The notes beneath the pieces are model-generated. The model was given only the letters and a program-made list of their open reading frames with translations. It was not told where the DNA came from and searched no databases. Made by a program: the position numbers and the translations under genes. From Hydrogenothermaceae bacterium (GTDB taxonomy: Bacteria; Aquificota; Aquificia; Aquificales; Hydrogenothermaceae), in NCBI GenBank assembly GCA_015519975.1, contig WIAL01000039.1:17619-81618 (forward strand): DNA of 64,000 nt. The letters are read 5' to 3'. Shown here one piece after another: positions 56,731 through 64,000 of the stretch; positions within the stretch are counted from its first letter, which is position 1, and each line of letters opens with the position of its first letter.

Positions 56731-59523
56731 TTATTTTACGACAAAAATACCTTCTTCTAAATACTTTTTTAAGAATTTTCCTGTCCATGAATTTGGATTT
56801 TTTATTATATCTTCAGGACTTCCTTGTGCAACTACAGTTCCTCCTTTATCTCCACCTTCAGGACCAAGGTCTATTATCCAATCTGCATTTTTAATAACAT
56901 CAAGATTATGTTCTATTACAACAACAGTATTTCCTTTTTCAACAAGTTTATTTAAAACATTTATAAGCTTTCCAACATCATGACTGTGAAGACCTGTAGT
57001 TGGCTCATCTAAAAGATAAAGGGTTTTTCCTGTATCTCTTTTTGAAAGTTCCCTTGAAAGTTTTATTCTTTGAGCTTCTCCACCTGATAAAGTTGTGGCA
57101 GGCTGACCAAGTTTTATATAGTCAAGACCAACATCATATAAAACTTTAAGTTTATTTCTTATTGAAGGAATATTTTTGAAAAATTCTAAAGCCTCTGCAA
57201 CAGTCATATCAAGGACATCTGCTATATTTTTACCTTTGTACTCGATAGATAGGGTTTCTTTGTTGTATCTTTTTCCATTACAAACGTCACAGGTAACATA
57301 AACATCTGGAAGAAAATGCATCTCAATTTTTACAACACCGTCCCCTTTACATGCTTCACATCGGCCGCCTTTTACGTTAAATGAAAATCTTCCTGCAGTA
57401 TAACCTCTAAGTTTTGCTTCTGGGGTTGATGCAAACAAGTTTCTTATAAGGTCAAAAACTTTTGTATATGTTGCAGGATTTGAACGAGGAGTTCTTCCTA
57501 TTGGTGACTGGTCAACATTGATAACTTTATCTATATGCTCCCAGCCTTCTATTTTATCGTGTTTTCCAACATAATCTACTTTATGACCAAAATGTTCATT
57601 TGCAGCATTTAGCAAAATATCGTATATAAGAGTTGATTTTCCACTTCCTGAAACTCCTGTAATAGCTACAAAAAGTCCAAGGGGAATTTCAACATCAATG
57701 TTTTTTAGATTATGCTCTTTAGCACCTTTTATAAGAAGTTTTTTCTCTTTATCAGGTTTTCTTCTTTTTTCTGGCACCGAAATATGAAGTTTACCGCTTA
57801 GATACTTTCCTGTAAGTGAGTTTTCATTTTCCATAACTTCTTGCGGAGTTCCAACTGCAGTGATTTCACCGCCGTAAACTCCGCTTCCTGGACCCATATC
57901 TATTATGTAATCTGCTTCTTCTATAGTTTCAGGGTCGTGTTCTACAACAATTACTGTATTATCTAGATCTCTTAAACTTTTCAATGTGTTTATAAGTTTT
58001 GCAGTATCCCTTGGATGAAGGCCTATCGAAGGCTCATCTAAAACATATAAGACCCCGCTAAGTTTTGAACCTATCTGTGTGGCAAGTCTTATTCTTTGTG
58101 CTTCCCCGCCAGAAAGAGTTGTAGCAGACCTTTCAAGCGTAAGATAATTTAAGCCCACATCCAGCAAAAATTTAAGCCTTTCTTTTATTTCTTTTACTAT
58201 TTTTTCTGAAATAATTCTATCTTTATGGGACATTGGAGACTTTTCAAAATTTTCAAAAAATTTATATGCATCTTCAATGTTCATTTTTGTAATGTCCCAT
58301 ATATTTTTCCCATTAACCAGCACATAAAGGGCTTCCTGCCTGAGTCTTGAGCCATGGCAAACTGGGCAGGTAACTTCCTTTATATATTTTTCAAGTTCTG
58401 CCCTTTGCTTTTCGTTATCAGTTTCAAGGTATTTCCTTTCAAGGTGAGTCACGATATCAAAGATAAGTTCATCCTGAACCTCTACAGGTAAATCCTTAAA
58501 TTTTGTAAATCTATCTATTCCATGATAGTAAATAGAGTCATACACCATGCTTTTTATGTATTTAAAATAAAAGCTTTCAGTTATTCTAAATGCTTCAATC
58601 ACAGCCCTGTTTTTATCTATTAGTCTATCAATATCTATCTTATGAATGACTCCAAGACCCTTACATTCAGGACAGGCTCCATAAGGACTGTTAAAGGAAA
58701 AAAGTCTTGGGGAAATTTCCGATATTGAAAATCCATGCTCGGGACAGGCAAACTTTTCACTGAATGTTATATCTTTATTTTTAGATAAATTATTGACAAT
58801 AACAAGTCCATCCCCAAGTTTTAAAGCCTGTTCTATACTGTCAACAAGTCTTGTCCTAATATCGTCCTTTAAAACAATTCTATCTACTACAATTTCTATT
58901 GTATGTTTTTTATTTTTTTCAAGATTTGGGACTTCTTCTATTAAATAAACCTGTCCATCTACTCTTACCCTTGGATAACCCATTTTTTGAATTTTATCTA
59001 AAACATCCTTATGCTGGCCTTTTTTGCCTCTAATTATCGGTGCCAAGATTTGAAGTTTAGTTCCTTTTTCAAGTTTTAATATTTGCTCAACAATTTCTTC
59101 AGGAGACTGGGAAGATATTGGCGTTTTACATTCAGGGCATATAGGTTTTCCAACTCTGGCAAAAAGTAGTCTTAAATAATCGTAAATTTCTGTTACTGTA
59201 CCAACTGTAGAACGTGGATTTTTAGAAGTTGTTTTCTGATCTATTGCAATAGCAGGAGAGAGTCCCTCAATACTGTCAACATCAGGTTTTTCCATAAGAC
59301 CTAAAAACTGCCTTGCATAAGCAGATAAACTTTCAACATATCTTCTTTGTCCTTCTGCGTAAATTGTATCAAAAGCAAGAGAAGATTTACCAGAACCTGA
59401 CGGTCCAGTAATAACGACTAGTTTATTTTTTGGTATTTCAACATTAATGTTTTTTAAATTGTGCTGACGTGCACCATTTACAATTATTTTATCCATATAC
59501 TCACCTGCTGGATTTAGTTTCAA
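56731..59523 (-). CDS. uvrA: excinuclease ABC subunit A
   Basis: Two ABC ATPase modules with [16 protein letters not shown] Walker A motifs, zinc fingers, LSGGE signatures. 930 aa. Confidence 0.95.
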   Translation of the reverse strand: MKLNPAGEYMDKIIVNGARQHNLKNINVEIPKNKLVVITGPSGSGKSSLAFDTIYAEGQRRYVESLSAYARQFLGLMEKPDVDSIEGLSPAIAIDQKTTSKNPRSTVGTVTEIYDYLRLLFARVGKPICPECKTPISSQSPEEIVEQILKLEKGTKLQILAPIIRGKKGQHKDVLDKIQKMGYPRVRVDGQVYLIEEVPNLEKNKKHTIEIVVDRIVLKDDIRTRLVDSIEQALKLGDGLVIVNNLSKNKDITFSEKFACPEHGFSISEISPRLFSFNSPYGACPECKGLGVIHKIDIDRLIDKNRAVIEAFRITESFYFKYIKSMVYDSIYYHGIDRFTKFKDLPVEVQDELIFDIVTHLERKYLETDNEKQRAELEKYIKEVTCPVCHGSRLRQEALYVLVNGKNIWDITKMNIEDAYKFFENFEKSPMSHKDRIISEKIVKEIKERLKFLLDVGLNYLTLERSATTLSGGEAQRIRLATQIGSKLSGVLYVLDEPSIGLHPRDTAKLINTLKSLRDLDNTVIVVEHDPETIEEADYIIDMGPGSGVYGGEITAVGTPQEVMENENSLTGKYLSGKLHISVPEKRRKPDKEKKLLIKGAKEHNLKNIDVEIPLGLFVAITGVSGSGKSTLIYDILLNAANEHFGHKVDYVGKHDKIEGWEHIDKVINVDQSPIGRTPRSNPATYTKVFDLIRNLFASTPEAKLRGYTAGRFSFNVKGGRCEACKGDGVVKIEMHFLPDVYVTCDVCNGKRYNKETLSIEYKGKNIADVLDMTVAEALEFFKNIPSIRNKLKVLYDVGLDYIKLGQPATTLSGGEAQRIKLSRELSKRDTGKTLYLLDEPTTGLHSHDVGKLINVLNKLVEKGNTVVVIEHNLDVIKNADWIIDLGPEGGDKGGTVVAQGSPEDIIKNPNSWTGKFLKKYLEEGIFVVK

Positions 59524-59682
59524 GTAAATAAATTAAGACTTTTGAATGGTATGTCAATTTTGACAAGGGAATTTCTTAAGTTATAGAAATATTTGAAATA
59601 TTCAAAAATTGTTATATAATATTTTTATATATTCGTGGCTACCCTCCTAAAGGTTTGTCGCACCTACCAATTTACGCATTTA

Positions 59683-59709
59683 GGCACCTTTATGGTGCCT
59701 CTTTTTTTC
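59683..59709 (+). terminator. intrinsic terminator of a candidate small RNA upstream of kdsC
   Basis: GGCACC-TTTAT-GGTGCC hairpin followed by TCTTTTTTTC. No + strand coding gene upstream, since uvrA is divergent. Confidence 0.5.
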
Positions 59710-59761
59710 TTATTATTAAACTTTAAGATATTATATATCACATTAAAATAGGGGTTGTCAA

Positions 59762-60289
59762 ATGATACCTTTAAATAAAAAGGCTAGAAACATAAAGATG
59801 TTTTTAATGGACGTTGATGGTGTTTTGACAGATGGTAAGGTTATATACGACATTAGTGGAAATGAGCTTAAAGCTTTCAATATAAAGGATGGACTTGGTA
59901 TAAGTCTTTTGCATAAAGCTGGAATAATAACAGGGATAATTACAGGTAGAACCTCCCCAATGGTTGAAAAAAGAGCAAATGAACTAAAAATAAAAGAAGT
60001 TTTTCAAGGTAAAAAGAAAAAGCTTGAAAGTTATGAGCTTATAAAAGAAAAATATAATTTAAAAGATGAAGAAATTCTGTATATTGGAGATGATTTGATA
60101 GATATTCCTATTTTGAAAAGGGTTGGATTTCCTGTTGCAGTGGCAGATGCTTCAGAAATTGTAAAAAAATACTGTGTTTACGTTACAAAAGCAAAAGGCG
60201 GAGAAGGAGCAGTTAGGGAAACTATAGATTACATTCTTCACCTAAGAGGCGAGTATGAAAAGATAATAGAGGAATTTATTGATGATTGA
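59762..60289 (+). CDS. kdsC: 3-deoxy-D-manno-octulosonate 8-phosphate phosphatase (HAD family)
   Basis: FLMDVDGVLTDGKVIY HAD motif I and GDDLIDIPIL motif. Confidence 0.8.
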   Translation: MIPLNKKARNIKMFLMDVDGVLTDGKVIYDISGNELKAFNIKDGLGISLLHKAGIITGIITGRTSPMVEKRANELKIKEVFQGKKKKLESYELIKEKYNLKDEEILYIGDDLIDIPILKRVGFPVAVADASEIVKKYCVYVTKAKGGEGAVRETIDYILHLRGEYEKIIEEFIDD

Positions 60290-60827
60290 AGACAGAGAAA
60301 GATGGAATAAAAAATATCTATCTGAAAAACTTCCTGAAGAACCTTCTGAAGTTGTTAAAAAATTCTATAACCTTGCTAAAAAAGGAAAAGCCCTTGATAT
60401 AGCTGCTGGAACAGGTAGAAATTCTATTTTTTTATATGAAAAAGGCTTTCAGGTTGATGCTGTTGATATATCGGATGTTGCATTAAACATTTTGAAGGAA
60501 AAACAGCCTGAAATAAACACAATTCAAGCAGATCTTGATAATTTTGAATTTCCAACAAATAATTATGAACTTGTAATAAATATTAATTTTTTAAATAGAA
60601 ATCTAATTCCTAAAATAAAAGATAGCCTAAAAAAAGACGGTGTTTTAATATTTGAAACATTTGTTTTAAATGAAGAAGCTAAAACAAAGGATTTTTATCT
60701 GAGGAAAAATGAACTTCTTCATCTTTTTATAGATTTTTATGTAGTTTATTATCAAGAATTTGAAACAAAAAGACATGATGGAAGAAATGCCTTAAAAGCA
60801 TCCTTAGTTGCAATAAAAAAATGCTAA
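60279..60827 (+). CDS. class I SAM-dependent methyltransferase (TehB-like)
   Basis: ALDIAAGTGRNSIFL SAM-binding motif I. Confidence 0.7.
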   Translation: MMIEDRERWNKKYLSEKLPEEPSEVVKKFYNLAKKGKALDIAAGTGRNSIFLYEKGFQVDAVDISDVALNILKEKQPEINTIQADLDNFEFPTNNYELVININFLNRNLIPKIKDSLKKDGVLIFETFVLNEEAKTKDFYLRKNELLHLFIDFYVVYYQEFETKRHDGRNALKASLVAIKKC

Positions 60828-62134
60828 ACTCTGATATCAGAAAAATTCTATCTATTGCTGCTCCTGCTGCATTAAACCAGCTTCTTGATATGCTTCAGGT
60901 TCTTATTGATATGATATTTGTAGGAAGAATTTCCCCTACTGCCGTTGCTTCTGTTGGTCTCAGCATGAATCTTATTGGAACTCTCTATTCTATAATTGGA
61001 GTTTTTAGCGTTGGTGTTAATGCATTAGTTGCAAGATTTTTTGGAGCAAAAGAGCTTGAAAATATTTCAAAAGTAGTAACTACAGCAATCTTATTTTCAT
61101 TTTTAGTGTCTATTCCTATAACACTAATAGTTTTCTTTTTTTCTTACGATTTTTTTGAGCTTTTTGGAGGAAATAAAGATATAGCTGAGGTTGGAAGTTC
61201 CTATATGAAAATAGTAAGTGTTTCTATTCCGTTTTTATTTATAGGAGCAGTCCTTATTTCTACTTCAAATGGCTTTGGAGATACGAAAACTCCCTTATTC
61301 ATTGGGATTATGGGAAATATTTTAAATACTTTTCTTGACTATGTTCTAATTTTTGGAAAGTTCGGATTCCCTGAACTTGGAGTAAAAGGGGCAGCAATTG
61401 CTACAACTACAGCTTATATCTTTGAGATTGTTATCTATATCTTTCTAATTGTATTTAAAAAAATTTTTACCTTATCTAAAAAAATAGATATTAATATGGC
61501 AAAAAGGTTATTTAGAATTGGTATTCCTGCTGGTTTTGAAAGATTTATAATTCACGGGTCTTTTATGGTTTTTATATGGATAATATCAATGTACGGCACT
61601 TACATTTTAGCAGGTTATCAAATAGGGCTGAGAGTGGAAGGACTTGCATTTATGTCTGGATTTGGATTTTCAATTGCGGCAATGACTTTAGTTGGACAGT
61701 CTTTAGGAGCAGGAAAACCTGATGAAGCTTATAAATACGGTATAAAAACTTCTTTAGTAGCTGGCTTTCTCATGCAGTTTATTGGAGTTTTAATGTTTCT
61801 CTATCCAGAATTTTTTGTATCTATTTTTACAAACGACAAAAAAACTATAAAAGAGGCAAGTATTTATCTTCAAGTTGTAGCTATTTCCCAATTTCCTCTG
61901 GCAGTTGATTTTGTTTTAAGCGGTGCTTTAAGAGGTGCAGGAGCAACAAAACTATCTCTTATTATTAACACTGGAAGTTTATGGATTTTTAGATTAATAC
62001 CTTCCTTAATTGTTACTTTTTATTTTAAAAATATTCTTTTAGTTTATTTTATAATGATAGTTGAAACTTATTTGAAAGGATTATTAATATGGTATATTTT
62101 TAAAAAAGGAAAATGGAAAGAGGTGAGGGTGTAA
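60821..62134 (+). CDS. MATE family efflux transporter
   Basis: 12-TM architecture with MATE N-terminal signature (AAPAALNQLLDMLQVLIDMIFVGR). Confidence 0.8.
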   Translation: MLNSDIRKILSIAAPAALNQLLDMLQVLIDMIFVGRISPTAVASVGLSMNLIGTLYSIIGVFSVGVNALVARFFGAKELENISKVVTTAILFSFLVSIPITLIVFFFSYDFFELFGGNKDIAEVGSSYMKIVSVSIPFLFIGAVLISTSNGFGDTKTPLFIGIMGNILNTFLDYVLIFGKFGFPELGVKGAAIATTTAYIFEIVIYIFLIVFKKIFTLSKKIDINMAKRLFRIGIPAGFERFIIHGSFMVFIWIISMYGTYILAGYQIGLRVEGLAFMSGFGFSIAAMTLVGQSLGAGKPDEAYKYGIKTSLVAGFLMQFIGVLMFLYPEFFVSIFTNDKKTIKEASIYLQVVAISQFPLAVDFVLSGALRGAGATKLSLIINTGSLWIFRLIPSLIVTFYFKNILLVYFIMIVETYLKGLLIWYIFKKGKWKEVRV

Positions 62135-62461
62135 ATGCCGCAAAATGAAAATGAAGCTTTCAAAGAAGCAGAAAAACTTAATGAGTTTGTAACAGACCCC
62201 CGTGAAAAAATTTCCAGTTTAGAAAAAAAATTTCATAATTTTAAAGAGAAAACAAAAGAATCTATAAAACATGTGCTTCCACAGCCTTTAAAACCTGTTA
62301 TGGAAGGAGAAACTGGAGATATAGTTCTTTTGGTTCTAGTCCTGTTAATAATAGGCATTTTTATGAAATTTATCGGCCTTGCTCTTAGAATAATATTGAG
62401 GTTTATATTTATAGCTTCTATAATAGCAGCTCTTTATATAATATTTCAAAAATTTAGCTAA
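62135..62461 (+). CDS. hypothetical membrane protein
   Basis: 108 aa with C-terminal TM helices. Confidence 0.4.
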   Translation: MPQNENEAFKEAEKLNEFVTDPREKISSLEKKFHNFKEKTKESIKHVLPQPLKPVMEGETGDIVLLVLVLLIIGIFMKFIGLALRIILRFIFIASIIAALYIIFQKFS

Positions 62462-63627
62462 ATTTTACATTTAAACCCTAAAAGTTCAAGTTTCTCAATG
62501 AATTTTTTATTTTCTTCCATTGTTCCTATCGAAACTCTGAGATAATTATCAAGTCCAAAAGCAGGTCTTATAACAACTCCGTTTCTTAATAGATTTTCAT
62601 AAACCATTTTTGCATCATCAACTTTAAACATTATAAAATTGCCGTAAGTTGGTACAAAATGAATACCTCTTTTTTCAAATTCTTCGTATAAAAATTCTTT
62701 TCCTTTTTCATTTTCTTTAACTGAAAATTCAACAAATTTTTGATCTTTTAGAGCTTCTATAGCTGCAACCTGTGCAAGCCTGTTTACATTAAAGGGCTGT
62801 CTAACCCTTTCTAGTATCTCTATAATTTCTTTTTGCGCAATAGCATATCCTATTCTTAGCCCTGCCAGTCCATAAGCTTTTGAAAAAGTTCGTGTAACAA
62901 TTACATTTTTTCTAGGTATTTTAGGATTGATAGGATTAACATAATTTAATCCATCTGGTACACCGTGTTCTTTTGCATATTCAAAGTAGGCTTCATCTAT
63001 CACAACTAAAACATTATCAGGTACATTTTTTATAAATTCATCAAACTCTTCCTTTTTATTTGCAAAGCCTGTAGGATTACATGGATTATCTATAAAGATA
63101 ACTTTTGTTTTATCTGTAATGCTCTCAAGTAGTTTTTCTAAATTTCTTGAAAAATCACATTCTACAGGAATTTCTTTAACGGTAGCTCCCTGAAGTAAGC
63201 TGACTATTTTATACACTATAAATGAATATTGAAACATTAAGACTTCACTGTTTTTATCTAAAAAAGCTCTTGCTATCATATCAAGTATATCATTTGAACC
63301 ATTTCCAAAAATAAGCTGGTTTTCATCTATTTCCAAAAAACTTGAAAGTTCTTTTCTTAAATAAAATGCACCGCCATCAGGATATCTATTTATGTTTACA
63401 GCTTCCCTTTCTACTGCTTTTTTCACAAATAGTGAGCATCCAAACGGATTTTCATTTGAAGCAAGTTTTATTATCTCAGAAAGACCAAGCTCTCTTTTAA
63501 CTTCTTCTACAGGTTTTCCTGGTTTGTAAACAGGAACATTTAAAATATGGTCTAAAGGTTTTATCATTTTATATTCCCCTTGTAAGCATAAAAGATGTGT
63601 CAAAAAGTATGACTGTAATTTCTTCAT
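62458..63627 (-). CDS. hisC: histidinol-phosphate aminotransferase
   Basis: LASNENPFG motif plus PLP-lysine region (TFSKAYGLAGLRIGY). Confidence 0.85.
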   Translation of the reverse strand: MKKLQSYFLTHLLCLQGEYKMIKPLDHILNVPVYKPGKPVEEVKRELGLSEIIKLASNENPFGCSLFVKKAVEREAVNINRYPDGGAFYLRKELSSFLEIDENQLIFGNGSNDILDMIARAFLDKNSEVLMFQYSFIVYKIVSLLQGATVKEIPVECDFSRNLEKLLESITDKTKVIFIDNPCNPTGFANKKEEFDEFIKNVPDNVLVVIDEAYFEYAKEHGVPDGLNYVNPINPKIPRKNVIVTRTFSKAYGLAGLRIGYAIAQKEIIEILERVRQPFNVNRLAQVAAIEALKDQKFVEFSVKENEKGKEFLYEEFEKRGIHFVPTYGNFIMFKVDDAKMVYENLLRNGVVIRPAFGLDNYLRVSIGTMEENKKFIEKLELLGFKCKI

Positions 63628-64000
63628 TTTCTTTTATTTCGGTTACTCCTATATCAACTACCCCAAAGCCGTGAGCATTAAGCATTCCAGTTAATATATT
63701 GGAGCCTTGCTTTCCAAAAGGTTTTGCAAAAAACTGCTTTCCATCAAATTCTATTGCAACTCTTATAAACTCTTGTCTGTCTGCTTTTTTTCTTTTATAT
63801 CCTTCCTTTAATTTTGCTTTTACAACAGGATTGTAGAAATTTTCATATCCCATCATTTTTCTTAAAGCAGGTTTTACAAGTGTTTCACACACAAACATCG
63901 CAGCTACTGGATTTCCCGGGATGCCAAAAAACAGCTTTTGTTTTTCTTCTCCCCATACCCCAAAAGCTACAGGTTTTCCAGGCTTTTGTGCTACTTTCCA
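63569..64000 (-). CDS. moeA: molybdopterin molybdotransferase MoeA, C-terminal part (gene continues past window end)
   Basis: GIPGNPVAAMFVCE and MoeA C-terminal beta-barrel domain. Open frame reaches position 64000. Confidence 0.75.
   Translation of the reverse strand, partial: WKVAQKPGKPVAFGVWGEEKQKLFFGIPGNPVAAMFVCETLVKPALRKMMGYENFYNPVVKAKLKEGYKRKKADRQEFIRVAIEFDGKQFFAKPFGKQGSNILTGMLNAHGFGVVDIGVTEIKENEEITVILFDTSFMLTRGI

Overview
The window is 64 kb of low-GC (~31%) bacterial chromosome, mostly densely packed housekeeping genes. Thermophile-style Lys/Glu/Ile-rich proteins, a DUF507 protein and an archaeal-type ATP-dependent DNA ligase suggest an Aquificae-like organism (e.g. Hydrogenothermaceae), but that is inference, not a search result. 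Core content includes a gyrA 3' fragment, folP-cdaA-ybbR, purN, ribBA, lptF/G, aroD, yicC, an ATP-dependent ligase, fabD, comEC, dcd, tyrA, carA, ispE, tRNA-Gln, and the prs-ctc-pth-rpsF-ssb-rpsR-rplI-dnaB cluster. It continues with mlaE, pfkA, spoVG, resB, surE, radC, mobA, thiE, thiL, mtnB/mtnD, fabI, thiS, uvrA, kdsC, a MATE transporter, hisC and a moeA fragment. Two regions look accessory. The first (45.27-48.65 kb) holds a standalone IS605-type TnpB whose zinc-finger cysteines are all replaced, abutting the stop codon of a solute-binding-protein gene next to a GC-rich structured segment (candidate omega-RNA/right end). It also carries a Phd/YefM-RelE toxin-antitoxin pair and, beyond the conserved thiL gene, an orphan 4-repeat CRISPR array with a type I-B-like repeat and no cas genes. 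The second (52.4-56.7 kb) is an islet bounded by a duplicated 3'-end remnant of the neighbouring aminotransferase gene. It carries a RelE/ParE-RHH pair, a lipoprotein, a PD-(D/E)xK-like ORF followed by decayed coding sequence, an apparently frameshifted FtsZ/tubulin-fold ORF that lacks every glycine-rich GTP-binding motif, and a DUF4350-like protein. Other notable items: DnaB carries a 421-aa intein with a LAGLIDADG homing endonuclease at the Ssp-DnaB site. A candidate small RNA with an intrinsic terminator sits between uvrA and kdsC. Two SPFH proteins are in tandem with a mini-lipoprotein and a zinc-ribbon protein. A CDF transporter carries a NifX-like C-terminal domain. Coordinates taken by counting the printed sequence may be off by 1 nt in places.
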